64,000 bases of DNA, taken from assembly GCA_963664225.1 (NCBI GenBank), contig OY760937.1, positions 4,928,001-4,992,000 of the forward strand, written 5' to 3'. Both the position numbers and the translations under genes were made by a program. Positions within the stretch are counted from its first letter, which is position 1. The number at the start of each line of letters is the position of its first letter. The notes below the pieces were generated by a model that saw only the letters and a list, made by a program, of their open reading frames with translations, did no database searches and was not told where the DNA came from. Shown here one piece after another: positions 1 through 9,384 of the stretch. The DNA is from Verrucomicrobiia bacterium. Lineage in GTDB: Bacteria; Verrucomicrobiota; Verrucomicrobiia; Limisphaerales; UBA1319.

Positions 1-66
1 TGTCAGGACAGTCGCAGCGGCAGTCAGAATCGCACATTGGAACCGCATCGAAGATAGATATTTCAT
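1..66 (-). CDS. 5' end of a probable exported protein running off the left edge
   Basis: Reverse strand from ATG at 66 reads MKYLSSMRFQCAILTAAATVLT, which is signal-peptide-like; divergent from cstA. Confidence 0.4.
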   Translation of the reverse strand, partial: MKYLSSMRFQCAILTAAATVLT

Positions 67-296
67 AACAGGCCCCGTCACTTTAACTCACGGACTGTGT
101 AACTGGAATGTAACAGGGAACACGCGCATTGCCAATCCTTATGACCATCGACTTCGTATTCCAAACAGTACACTCTCATCACAATACTATAGACCCATTC
201 TTGGGAACGGTTATTCATAAGCCTCGGGCGTCGATGTGCGGCGGCGAGTTACTTTTTTTGTTTCATTAGCATCAGGTTGTTGTAAATCCTTGTGGT

Positions 297-2723
297 ATGA
301 AGCCAATTCTTAAAGGCCTGGCCTGGGTCGTGGTGGCGGTTTTGGGGGCGGGATCCTATGCAACACTGGCGTTGCAGCGGGGAGAACAGGTCAGTTCGGC
401 CTATATCATCATCGCGGCGGTTTGCACTTACGCCATCGGGTACCGTTTTTACTCCAAGTGGCTTGCGGCCAGTGTGTTAACCCTGAATGACCGCCGCGCA
501 ACCCCGTGCGAGGCCCATGACGACGGCAAGGATTTCGTCCGCACCAATAAATGGATCGTGTTTGGCCACCATTTTGCGGCCATTTCCGGGCCTGGACCAT
601 TGGTGGGACCGGTGTTGGCCGCCCAATTCGGTTATTTGCCGGGAATGCTCTGGATTTTGATCGGCGTGGTGCTTGGAGGCGCGGTGCAGGATTTTGTGGT
701 CTTGTTTTGCTCCATACGCAGGGATGGCAAGTCGTTGGGCCAAATGGTGAAAGAGGAATTGGGCTCCACCGCCGGGGTGGTGGCCCTGACCGCCATTCTC
801 GCCATTTTAACGATCATCCTCGCCGTGCTGGCCTTGGTGGTCGTCAAGGCGCTCGCGGAAAGCCCCTGGGGCGTGTTCACCGTCGGCGCCACAATCCCGA
901 TCGCCATGCTCATGGGAGGTTATCTGCGTTACGGTCGGGTGGGCAAGGTCCGGGAAGCGACCGCAATGGGCGTGGTGCTTCTGTTGCTCGCAGTTTGGGG
1001 CGGAAAAATGGTCTATGGCAGTCCCGCCTGGTCCAATATCTTTACGGTCGAGGCGGAACCTCTGGCTTGGGGCATCATCCTGTATGGGCTGGCGGCCAGC
1101 GTTCTCCCAGTCTGGCTTTTGCTCGCGCCCCGCGACTATTTGAGCACGTTCATGAAGTTGGGAACGATTTTTGCCCTGGTCGTTGGAATTCTGCTGGTGC
1201 TTCCCCGGCTTCAGATGCCCGCCTTGAGTCAATTCATCGATGGTTCGGGACCGGTTGTTGCGGGGAAATTATTTCCATTTTGTTTCATCACGATTGCCTG
1301 TGGTGCCATCTCGGGCTTTCACGCGCTGATCGCCAGCGGCACCACGCCCAAGCTCATTACGCGGGAATCCTACGCCCAGCCCGTCGGTTACGGCGCCATG
1401 TGTTTTGAGTCGCTCGTGGCGATCATGGCCCTGATTGCCGCCTGCACATTGGAGCCGGGGATTTACCTCAGCGTGAACATCAAGGGCGCACCCGCCGATA
1501 CCGTGGCCATGGTGAATCAATTTGGATTTCCGGTGACGGTCGCGCAGATGGATCAACTCGCCCACTCGATTGGCGAGAAAACGCTTTTTGGCCGGACGGG
1601 TGGCGCGGCTACGCTGGCGGTGGGCATGGCCAAGGTGTTTTCGCAATTCGTCAGCGGGCGGGGCCTGGATTTGTGGTACCACTTTGCCATCATGTTCGAG
1701 GCCTTGTTTATTTTGACCACGCTGGACGCGGGCACCCGCGTGGGCCGTTATCTGCTCCAGGACGCCCTGGGGCATGTCTGGAAACCTCTGGGCGATACGC
1801 GCAAAATCAGCGCCAATGTCTTTGCGAGCCTCCTGGTCGTTTCAGGCTGGGGCTACTTCCTGATTCAGGGCGTGCGCGATCCTTTGGGCGGCGTCAATTC
1901 GTTATGGCCCCTGTTCGGCATCGCCAATCAATTGCTTTCCGTCGTCGCTCTGGCGCTGGCCACCACCGTTATCCTGAAAATGGAACTGGTCAAAGGCCAG
2001 GGAAACACCGGAGCCAAGTCCAGACCCGCGCTGGCCTGGGTGGTGCTCGCGCCAATGCTCTTTTTGCTGGCCGTCACCACCACCGCCGGTCTGGATAAAA
2101 TCTTCTCCAGCGATCCACGCATCGGTTTCCTGGCCCAGGCCCGCGTGTTGGACCGGCAATTGCCCGCACTGGAAAAAGCGGTCGCCGACCAGCAGGCGTC
2201 CGTGGACAAAACCGGACTCGCCGCAGCGCAGAAAGCCGTCGTGGTCAACCGCAGTTTCCATTTCAATCAAAGTCTGGATGCGGTTGTCGCGGGGATTTTC
2301 CTGGTGTTGGTGGTCCTGATACTGGTGTTGAGCGTGCGCGAATGGATCCTCCTCCTGAGCCGCCGGCGCATGGCTGTTTTGCACGAAGCCCCCATGGTCT
2401 GGCTGCCGGAGGGTGTCCTGGCGAACAGTTCCCGCTCCGGCGCTGCCATGGGCGCCTGCGCGCTTCTGATCGCCCTCTCGCGTGAATTATCCGGTGAGGC
2501 CCAACTCGCGCGCGCCCAACAGGCCGACCAAATGCAAGCCGCCGCGCATGACATGGAATCCGTGCTCGCGCGCGCCCGCTCTTCTGGCGGATCCGCACTC
2601 CTTCCCGGGCCGGTCCGGTTGCTCAACGCGGATACGACCGAACAGCCCCCCCTGAATCAGGATGCGGCAACATACGTCCGGTTGACCGAATCCCGCTTTA
2701 AGGGTATCAACCGGTGCTGTTGA
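297..2723 (+). CDS. cstA: Carbon starvation protein A (peptide/pyruvate transporter) with C-terminal YbdD/YjiX-like extension
   Basis: FGHHFAAISGPGPLVGP, ITIACGAISGFH and LWPLFGIANQLL motifs; many TM helices; ends NRCC. Confidence 0.95.
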   Translation: MKPILKGLAWVVVAVLGAGSYATLALQRGEQVSSAYIIIAAVCTYAIGYRFYSKWLAASVLTLNDRRATPCEAHDDGKDFVRTNKWIVFGHHFAAISGPGPLVGPVLAAQFGYLPGMLWILIGVVLGGAVQDFVVLFCSIRRDGKSLGQMVKEELGSTAGVVALTAILAILTIILAVLALVVVKALAESPWGVFTVGATIPIAMLMGGYLRYGRVGKVREATAMGVVLLLLAVWGGKMVYGSPAWSNIFTVEAEPLAWGIILYGLAASVLPVWLLLAPRDYLSTFMKLGTIFALVVGILLVLPRLQMPALSQFIDGSGPVVAGKLFPFCFITIACGAISGFHALIASGTTPKLITRESYAQPVGYGAMCFESLVAIMALIAACTLEPGIYLSVNIKGAPADTVAMVNQFGFPVTVAQMDQLAHSIGEKTLFGRTGGAATLAVGMAKVFSQFVSGRGLDLWYHFAIMFEALFILTTLDAGTRVGRYLLQDALGHVWKPLGDTRKISANVFASLLVVSGWGYFLIQGVRDPLGGVNSLWPLFGIANQLLSVVALALATTVILKMELVKGQGNTGAKSRPALAWVVLAPMLFLLAVTTTAGLDKIFSSDPRIGFLAQARVLDRQLPALEKAVADQQASVDKTGLAAAQKAVVVNRSFHFNQSLDAVVAGIFLVLVVLILVLSVREWILLLSRRRMAVLHEAPMVWLPEGVLANSSRSGAAMGACALLIALSRELSGEAQLARAQQADQMQAAAHDMESVLARARSSGGSALLPGPVRLLNADTTEQPPLNQDAATYVRLTESRFKGINRCC

Positions 2724-2766
2724 CGTTGCCGGCCATTACTTAGTCACATACATCATTACAAACACT

Positions 2767-3351
2767 GTGCATTCATTCGGTAGAATAGGTTTATACGGAG
2801 GATCGTTTAATCCCGTTCACGCGGGGCACTTGCTCGTGGCCCAGGCGGCCCAGGAAGAGCTGCAATTGGACCGGATATATTTCGTCCCCACCGCCCGCTC
2901 GCCATTCAAGCCGGACCAGCATCCCGCTCCGGACGCCTTCCGGCTGCGCTGGTTGCGTCTCGCCTTGGCGGGCCGCCCGCAATGGGAACTGGACACGCAG
3001 GAAATTTCACGCGGCGGCATTTCCTATACCATCGACACCGTGCGCGACTATCGGGCGCGCTTCCCGGCGGTTGAGTTGTATTACCTGATCGGCGCCGATC
3101 ACCTGGCCCAATTGCCTAAGTGGCGGGACGCGGCCCAACTCGCCCAACTCGCTCAGTTCGTGGTTATTCCGCGCCCCGGTCAGACGGCGGCCCTCCTGCC
3201 GCCACCCTTTCAAGGCAGACTGCTAAAGGGGTTTCCCATCGCCGTCTCCTCGTCCGAAGTGCGGGACCGGGTCAAAGCGGGTTTGCCCATTGATTTGCTG
3301 ACGCCCTATGGGGTGGCCGCCGATATCCGCAACAATGGGCTTTATCTTTGA
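2767..3351 (+). CDS. nadD: Nicotinate-nucleotide adenylyltransferase
   Basis: GLYGGSFNPVHAGH (HxGH), SYTIDT, LIGAD and VSSSEVR motifs; GTG start. Confidence 0.95.
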   Translation: MHSFGRIGLYGGSFNPVHAGHLLVAQAAQEELQLDRIYFVPTARSPFKPDQHPAPDAFRLRWLRLALAGRPQWELDTQEISRGGISYTIDTVRDYRARFPAVELYYLIGADHLAQLPKWRDAAQLAQLAQFVVIPRPGQTAALLPPPFQGRLLKGFPIAVSSSEVRDRVKAGLPIDLLTPYGVAADIRNNGLYL

Positions 3352-3376
3352 CGGCCAATGCTCCACTATGGGGGCG

Positions 3377-3817
3377 ATGGATTCAAGAACACTCGCCCGG
3401 CTATGCCGGGAATTTGCTGAGAATAAGAAGGCGGAAAACGTCGTCGTGCTGGACGTTCGCAAACTGACTCAGATGACGGACTACTTCGTCTTTGCCACCG
3501 GAAGCAGCGTTCCTCATGTGCGCGCCATTGTGGATGAAATCACCGAAAAGCTGCGTGACGTGCATCATACGCGCGCCCGCGCGGTGGATGGGATCATCAG
3601 CAGTTCATGGATTGTGATCGATCTTTCCGACGTGATTGTCCACGTCATGCGCGAGGAAACCCGTCAGCACTATGACATCGAGGGTCTCTGGAGCGATGCC
3701 CCCAAAGTGAAACCCGCGCCTGCAGGCCTTCCCCCGGCTCTGAAAGAGGCCGCGACTCCCAAGAAGCCGACCGCAAAGAAAAAGAAGACCGCGGCAAAGA
3801 AATCCCCGGCCAAGTGA
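3377..3817 (+). CDS. rsfS: Ribosome silencing factor with Lys/Pro-rich tail
   Basis: KKAENVVVLDV..TDYFVFATG, WIVID..DVIVHVM..R.HYDIEGLW; conserved nadD-rsfS order; start could be 3368. Confidence 0.93.
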   Translation: MDSRTLARLCREFAENKKAENVVVLDVRKLTQMTDYFVFATGSSVPHVRAIVDEITEKLRDVHHTRARAVDGIISSSWIVIDLSDVIVHVMREETRQHYDIEGLWSDAPKVKPAPAGLPPALKEAATPKKPTAKKKKTAAKKSPAK

Positions 3818-3979
3818 TCGGGCCGATTACGGTTTGACGCCAGATCGACGAAGACGGACGCCCTGTTTTTGGTTCTTGGGACTCAAGACCAAACAGGCGC
3901 TCCGCAGAGAGGCCTTCCGCAGAGGTTGGAGGAGTTGAATTCGAATTGGATTTCGCAACAGAATGCTGTTCCGGCGCGC

Positions 3980-4276
3980 TTACTCGATCTCGGGTTTGGG
4001 CGGATTTTCTTCCGACGTTTTGATCATCCCTTCAAGCGTCGTTTTGAAATCCTGCAACCCTGTTGCGGGAACAATAATGGCATCCCGACGCCCGTTGACA
4101 TCCTCAGTGATGCGCAGGAACCGTCCGCGCGGGTTTTCCTTCAGGGTGAATACAAAGGTCTTTCGTTCGATTTGAACCTTTTCCGTCTTCAGCGTCTCTT
4201 CGGCCACAGCGGGCTTTGGCCCCGGTGTGGAGAACGGACGATTCCCATACGGCGATGGACGTTCATTCGAAATCAT
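3980..4276 (-). CDS. PUR-alpha-like (PurA/DUF3276) ssDNA/RNA-binding protein
   Basis: ERKTFVFTLKENPRGRFLRITE...RDAIIVP matches a single PUR repeat. Confidence 0.8.
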   Translation of the reverse strand: MISNERPSPYGNRPFSTPGPKPAVAEETLKTEKVQIERKTFVFTLKENPRGRFLRITEDVNGRRDAIIVPATGLQDFKTTLEGMIKTSEENPPKPEIE

Positions 4277-4354
4277 ATTTTGCCACTCAGTTAACCATAT
4301 TCCCTTACCTCCTACACTTGTTCGGCACGCCTGCCGGTTTGTCAAATTTCTATT

Positions 4355-4912
4355 TCAAGGGTTGCTGTATTTTGAGCGGGGAACGAACCGCGGACCTGAT
4401 TCGCCGGGCAGCATTTTGTAGAGATGGAACAAAGTGCCGCCCATCACCAGGAGGTTCATCACCATGGAAATACCGTGCAAAACGCGAAAGGAATGCCGGG
4501 CCTGCTCGACTTGCTGAACGGTCACCCGTCCGCCGGCGCCGTATTGAATGCGGTGGTATTTATGCAGCTTCGGCTGGATGACCATCCCTCCGATCAACAC
4601 CAGCGCACAGAGACCGAAAACCACATACTTCTGAACGCTCTGTCCTCTCATTCCCGTGTAGAGCCAGTCCGCCAATAGATGCAGCAGCGCAATTCCCCCG
4701 CAAATGTATTGAACGACGAAATAACGCTCGAGAACGATCTGCGCCATGGAACCCGTGTAAAACCGCGCCACACTCTCGTTTTGGGCCGCGCCAAATAACC
4801 CCAGGGCTTCCGGGGTAAAAAAAGCCGGTCCCACCGCGAATGTAAAAAAAACGGTGGCGCCAAACCAAAGTGCGGCGTTCAGGCTGCCAACAAGTTTTAT
4901 TATGGAGGCCAC
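4355..4912 (-). CDS. DUF4149/TMEM205-like membrane protein
   Basis: Four TM segments; WFG..FFTFAVGP.F and FRVLHGISMVMNL patterns. Confidence 0.75.
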   Translation of the reverse strand: MASIIKLVGSLNAALWFGATVFFTFAVGPAFFTPEALGLFGAAQNESVARFYTGSMAQIVLERYFVVQYICGGIALLHLLADWLYTGMRGQSVQKYVVFGLCALVLIGGMVIQPKLHKYHRIQYGAGGRVTVQQVEQARHSFRVLHGISMVMNLLVMGGTLFHLYKMLPGESGPRFVPRSKYSNP

Positions 4913-5021
4913 GCCGTTACTTTAGAAAAAATCACAAACAATGCCAAGCGCATATTTGGTGAGGGCCGCATGATAAAACTCACCGGGGGAAACCCACAAG
5001 CCTCGAATAAACGCGGACCCT

Positions 5022-5054
5022 CGTGGTAGGGCGTGCAGTCCTCTGCGCGCCGCC
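5022..5054. repeat. REP-like element, copy 1 of 3 (GGTAGGGCGTGCAGTCCTCTGCGCGCCGC)
   Basis: Near-identical copies at 6582-6614 and 6783-6814; GTAG followed by an imperfect hairpin. Confidence 0.75.
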
Positions 5055-5166
5055 TTGGATCTTTCCACACAACCGTCCTTCCGCGCATTCTGCGGACAAA
5101 CCTTTTCCCCATCCTGTCAATGATCTCCGAAGCATTTCCCATTCAGCGCCAGATCCTCCGCCATCG

Positions 5167-5289
5167 CACAAAATTCCCGAGCCAAAACACTATTTTCTTG
5201 CCTTTTAAGCAATACCGGGTTAATCTCTGCAAAAGGCCACCGGTAATCCGGTTTGTTTTCGCTGTCTGAGTTTGAGATGATAAATACTG
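5167..5289 (+). promoter_or_regulatory. Cassette-array leader copy 1: sigma70-like promoter plus attI-like segment
   Basis: TTGCCT(5198)-17 bp-TAATCT(5221); aligns over about 120 bp with 7248-7378, including CTGAGTTTGAGA..TAAATACTG. Confidence 0.55.
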
Positions 5290-5422
5290 GGGGGGCGGCA
5301 CATGATGAGCGCAAAAGTTACCATTCAACGTTGGGTTGCATCTGTTGGATTCCGCATGTGCGTTTGTTTCCCGTATTCTTCCGGCACGCTGCTTTTGTCG
5401 CATCGGGATGGGTATGGCAAAA

Positions 5423-5492
5423 TTGGCCCTGTCCGTTCCGCTGTCGCGGTTCACATCGCAAGTCCGCGGTCGTTCAGATTTCTGCATTAGTC
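5423..5492 (+). repeat. Partial attC (right part)
   Basis: TTGGCCCTGTCCGTTCCGCTGTCGCGGTTCAC core shared with the other sites; ends ATTAGTC. Confidence 0.6.
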
Positions 5493-5545
5493 GCCGCCAC
5501 ATATCCTTTTCAACCACAAACAAACAACCACAAACAAAGAAACAT

Positions 5546-5881
5546 ATGAGTGGATATTACGAACTCAAAACAACTGCGACCGGCAAGCACATGTTCAACC
5601 TCAAGGCCGGAAACCACGAAGTCATACTGACCAGCGAAATCTACGAGTCCAAAGAGGCCGCCCTGAATGGCATCGCTTCCGTCCGAACCAACGGTCCCCA
5701 CGAAGCTTCATATGAGAAGAAGGTGTCCGTCAAGGGCGAGCCCTACTTCGCCCTAAAGGCCGCCAATGGCCAGACCATTGGCAAGAGCGAGATGTACACT
5801 TCAGAGGCGGGGCGGGACAATGGCATTGCGTCCGTCAGGAATAACAGCCCCTCCGAAAAGGTGGTCGAAGTGAAGGCCTGA
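5546..5881 (+). CDS. yegP: YegP/DUF1508 family protein (cassette)
   Basis: Two repeats of F.LKA.N.(E/Q).I..SE.Y.S.....NGIASVR.N. Confidence 0.9.
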   Translation: MSGYYELKTTATGKHMFNLKAGNHEVILTSEIYESKEAALNGIASVRTNGPHEASYEKKVSVKGEPYFALKAANGQTIGKSEMYTSEAGRDNGIASVRNNSPSEKVVEVKA

Positions 5882-5974
5882 CCCGTCGGCGGAACCAGCC
5901 GCCCTTGGCCCTGTCCGTTCGGTTGTCCCCGTTCACGTCTCGATTCGGCGTTGACTCAGCTTTTTACGTTAGTC
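5876..5974 (+). repeat. attC site
   Basis: GCCTGAC (contains the yegP stop) ... GTTAGTC; 99 bp imperfect palindrome. Confidence 0.75.
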
Positions 5975-6016
5975 CCCGGAACCAACCGGCGAGTGCGGTG
6001 TTCTTAATCACGTAAT

Positions 6017-6403
6017 ATGCTGAAAATTTTAACATTCGCCTTCGCGAGCATCCTGTTTCTGGCGGCATGCGACCGGGACCGCGGCACTGCCAGGCAAAGC
6101 GATTCCACCAATTTGGTGGACTGGGGTGTGGTCGAACTTTCGGTGAGCACTCCGAAGCGTTTGAGTCTTGGCGAAGGGAAGGACTGCACCATCACGGCAG
6201 TATCTGCCACGAATGGACATCTGGAAATCAGGATTGAAACAAAGGAAAAAATCGCAGGTGGGGATTTGCCGCCAGGCGTTCCCCTTGGAACCTCCTTGGA
6301 GAGCACCAAGACGATGACAATGACGGTCCCGTCTGGGGGCCAGCTTATGACGAGCATCGGGCTAAGGCCGGTTCGATTCACGCCCATACTTAAGGGGCCG
6401 TGA
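6017..6403 (+). CDS. Hypothetical lipoprotein (cassette)
   Basis: Lipobox LFLAAC after a hydrophobic leader. Confidence 0.7.
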   Translation: MLKILTFAFASILFLAACDRDRGTARQSDSTNLVDWGVVELSVSTPKRLSLGEGKDCTITAVSATNGHLEIRIETKEKIAGGDLPPGVPLGTSLESTKTMTMTVPSGGQLMTSIGLRPVRFTPILKGP

Positions 6404-6553
6404 TATCAGCGGCAACCAACAAACCTGCTGGTGGCGACGCCGCAATTCTGGTGCGGTTTCAAATGCGCCGCGATGCCTGAACGCTTGATCTGCCGTACCG
6501 CATAAACGATCCTGAAATCAGCGCACCGTCATGGGTGTTTTCCACACTCCTGA

Positions 6554-7200
6554 ATCCTCTCTTCGCGACCACCATGACATGCGTGGTAAGGCGTGCAGTC
6601 CTCTGCGCGCCGCCCGTCCAACCCACGCCCCCGATATTCAATTGGTAGGGCGAGGCTGCCGAGCCATCTCTGCACCCTTGCATCCCATCTGCCTCTACAG
6701 GGGCCAAATATTTCCCCCATCCTGTCCATCCTGATATCCATGTTAATAGCCCATATCCTCTCTTCGCGGCCATCATGACACTCGCGGTAGGGCGTGCAGT
6801 CCTCTGCGCGCCGCTCATCCAACCCACCCCCCCCAATGTTCAATTGGTAGCGCGAGGCTCCCGCCGAGCCCTCTCATTCGTCGTCCTTGTCGAAGGATTT
6901 CTCGGCATCCTCCTTGTGGTTGGGAATTTCAGGGGCAATTACTCCGGGCAGCATCCCGGCAGGGATGCCAGCGATTAGCCGGGGGTCGAGGTCGTCCGCG
7001 ACCGACACCCCCGGACACGCACCACAAACGAACACGATCCCGGCAGGGATCGCAGCCCCTTTTCAATGAGGGCGTGTGTACTCGCCTGCGGGTTATCCGG
7101 TCGTCCCCGTCCGGTGAATCGCATCAAAAGCTCCATAGGAGCGCCACGTTTATAGAAATCGACCAACCACGAAATTCAAGCTCCAGAGGAGCGGCATTCT
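6554..7200. repeat. Patch of several REP-like palindromic families, including a ~115 bp unit duplicated at ~201 bp spacing
   Basis: 6554-6670 resembles 6755-6876; ATCCCGGCAGGGAT twice (about 6953 and 7037); AAGCTCCA(T/G)AGGAGCG twice (about 7128 and 7178). Confidence 0.7.
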
Positions 7201-7247
7201 TAAATCAATCCCCTTCGTGACCTGCGCCACATCATCCGAAATAACAC

Positions 7248-7378
7248 AACAAATTTCCCCGCGCCCAACCACTATTATCTTGCTTTACAAGGCAATACAG
7301 GATTAATCTTACCGAAAGGGCACCGGCAACCCAATATGCTTCCGGTAGCTGAGTTTGAGACACTAAATACTGTTGGCC
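7248..7378 (+). promoter_or_regulatory. Cassette-array leader copy 2: sigma70-like promoter plus attI-like segment
   Basis: TTGCTT(7280)-18 bp-TAATCT(7304); ends TAAATACT-GTTGGCC (GTT crossover-like). Confidence 0.55.
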
Positions 7379-7440
7379 TGCATCACACGTCTTGTGAAAA
7401 CCCAAAAGCCATCCATTGTCGGACTTCGCGACACCTGCAC

Positions 7441-7502
7441 TTGCTGTTCCGCTGTCGCGGTTCGCGCCGCGAGTCGGCAGCGGCCCAGTTCTGGCGTTAG
7501 GC
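7441..7502 (+). repeat. Partial attC
   Basis: GTTCCGCTGTCGCGGTTCGCGCCGCGAGTCGGC...GTTAGGC. Confidence 0.65.
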
Positions 7503-7515
7503 CACTCGGCATTTT

Positions 7516-7764
7516 ATGACTATTCCGACTTTCAAGATTGGCGATAGGGTGCGAGTTGTCCGCGTTCCGCCGTCCGTCGAGCAGGAGATGCCATCCGAGA
7601 CAGTTGAACTTTTCAGGCGTTGCGTCGGTCAATCATTTCGCATAGATGGTTTTGGGGAGTATGGTCATCTGGAGCTGAATGTTTCCGATGATGGTTCGCA
7701 GGCACCGGATTATTCTAAGAACACCGTCTGGATTGAGCCTGAATTTGTGGAGTCAGTGTTATGA
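7516..7764 (+). CDS. Small hypothetical protein, SH3/KOW-like (cassette)
   Basis: FKIGDRVRVV start; lies between attC sites. Confidence 0.7.
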   Translation: MTIPTFKIGDRVRVVRVPPSVEQEMPSETVELFRRCVGQSFRIDGFGEYGHLELNVSDDGSQAPDYSKNTVWIEPEFVESVL

Positions 7765-7774
7765 CTAAGCCGTG

Positions 7775-7872
7775 GCTTAACAATTCCCCGCCGCCAGCCG
7801 CCCTTGGCGCGGTCCGGTCCGTTGCGCGGTCCACGTCGCGAATCGACAGCGGCCCAGCTTTCTACGTTAGGC
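7775..7872 (+). repeat. attC site with intact AAC/GTT cores
   Basis: GCTTAAC...GTTAGGC, 98 bp. Confidence 0.8.
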
Positions 7873-7893
7873 CACATTGACATCACACCATTT

Positions 7894-8055
7894 ATGAAAA
7901 CAATCAGCGCATCCATCATCGTTCTTGCCGCCGCCGTTATCATGGTTGGCGGTTCTCATTTCGCCGGAGACACTCAAACGTTTGTTTTGGCTGTCGGCTG
8001 CGGAGTTTGTGCCTTTGGTTTGTTGGGCTGGTTCGTCAGTTTGAAAGAAAAATAA
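7894..8055 (+). CDS. Small two-TM hypothetical protein (cassette)
   Basis: 53 aa MKTISASIIVLAAAVIMVGG...; lies between attC sites. Confidence 0.65.
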   Translation: MKTISASIIVLAAAVIMVGGSHFAGDTQTFVLAVGCGVCAFGLLGWFVSLKEK

Positions 8056-8097
8056 GCACGTTTTTTTGACCGGAGAATTTTAGATGAGACGCGAGCC

Positions 8098-8196
8098 GCC
8101 TGACCAGTCCCCGCCGCCAGCCGCCCTTGGACCTGTCCGTTCGGTTGCCCCGGTTCACGTCGCGAGCAGCCGGTGGCTCAGTCTTTTACGTGGGCC
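8098..8196 (+). repeat. attC site (degenerate)
   Basis: GCCTGAC...GTGGGCC; same internal core as the other sites. Confidence 0.7.
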
Positions 8197-8203
8197 TGAA
8201 AAG

Positions 8204-8860
8204 ATGCATTTCGTTATAGCAATCTTGTGCATGCTGCTGACCGCCGCCGCGGCTAACGCTGTGGATTCGGAAGAATCCGTTGGCGTCTGGTCATCCGAAC
8301 ACCAGCAGCTTCGCGCCCGCTTCATCGTCCGGCATGCATCCACGTTTCTGGACGGGAAGCCTGGCGGTCCTTACTCTGAGCTTCTCGTCTATCTTGAGTT
8401 GCAAAATACCAGCCCGGGTCTTGGCAGTATGCAACTTAAGCTCGATATTGACCCTACGACAAACATTGTATACCGGGTCGCTGATGAGCGAGGCTCCTTG
8501 ATCGAGCCGGAGCCTTTTGCATTCCGCAGCACCGTCGGCCCGGGTGTGTATAATCTGGTCCTCCCTCCTGATGGCAACCTCCGTTTCCCTGTTTCCATAA
8601 GCGGCGGCGGGGTCTTCGAAGACAAAGTGAAGCTCGATCTCAGCCCCAGCCAGGGCATTTGGTATTTTAAAAAGAGCGATGGGGGCGAATACAAACTGTC
8701 CGGCACGTTGCGGGTTCCGGCACTTCGCGAGCGGATTGGCCCGCTGTGGTGGCGAGGCGAGTTGGAGATCCCGCCGGTTAAACTCAGGTTCCCCGGTCCC
8801 AATACCCAAAACGCCGCTACAACGAAAGCGGCAGAACCGCGTCGGGGAACTGAACGTTAG
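8204..8860 (+). CDS. Secreted hypothetical protein (cassette)
   Basis: Signal peptide MHFVIAILCMLLTAAAANA; reads into a deleted attC (GCAGAAC...GTTAGTG, 8831-8862). Confidence 0.7.
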   Translation: MHFVIAILCMLLTAAAANAVDSEESVGVWSSEHQQLRARFIVRHASTFLDGKPGGPYSELLVYLELQNTSPGLGSMQLKLDIDPTTNIVYRVADERGSLIEPEPFAFRSTVGPGVYNLVLPPDGNLRFPVSISGGGVFEDKVKLDLSPSQGIWYFKKSDGGEYKLSGTLRVPALRERIGPLWWRGELEIPPVKLRFPGPNTQNAATTKAAEPRRGTER

Positions 8861-8870
8861 TGGCACCTTT

Positions 8871-9272
8871 ATGGCACGCGCGCTTTTATTGCTCACGTCG
8901 TTGCTGCTCCTTGGAGGCTGTGCCCACCTGAGCGATGCGGGCATTCGCAAGAATCTTCCCGGGGCCTGGCAAGTGGTTCTGCCATCCTTGGAGGAGCAGG
9001 GCATGAAGATTATTTACATGATCGCTCCAAACGGCGATTTTACACGCGAAACTCTGATGACCACCGCAGGCGTCCACGGTGTTGATATGACGGGCACATT
9101 TCAGGTTCAGGACGGCTATCTGATTGAAACGATCACCTACATGAGAGTCAGGAGAAATGCACCGCTCCCGCAAGTTTCACGCGCAAAAATCATTCACGCC
9201 GATGCCAGAAAGTTGGTGGTCGTCTTTGACGGGATGACTGAAAAGGCCACTTTCAGAAAGGACACGCGATGA
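8871..9272 (+). CDS. Hypothetical lipoprotein, lipocalin-like (cassette)
   Basis: Lipobox LLGGC followed by L.G.W. Confidence 0.7.
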   Translation: MARALLLLTSLLLLGGCAHLSDAGIRKNLPGAWQVVLPSLEEQGMKIIYMIAPNGDFTRETLMTTAGVHGVDMTGTFQVQDGYLIETITYMRVRRNAPLPQVSRAKIIHADARKLVVVFDGMTEKATFRKDTR

Positions 9273-9273
9273 G

Positions 9274-9372
9274 GCCTGACCCGTCGCTGGAAACTACCGC
9301 CCTTGGCGCTTGCTTTTCCGCTGTCCCGGTTCACGTTGCATATCGGCGGCGGCTTAGCTGTCTGCGTTAGAC
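9274..9372 (+). repeat. attC site
   Basis: GCCTGAC...GTTAGAC, 99 bp. Confidence 0.78.
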
Positions 9373-9384
9373 CGATTGAACACG

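Noticed and set aside
2712..2723. Selenocysteine read-through at the cstA TGA
   Set aside because: Both terminal Cys codons are TGC/TGT, the TGA follows the complete RCC motif, and no SECIS-like hairpin is evident
6412..6490. Possible attC after the 6017 lipoprotein
   Set aside because: An ACCAAC left box is present, but I could not find a convincing right box or pairing
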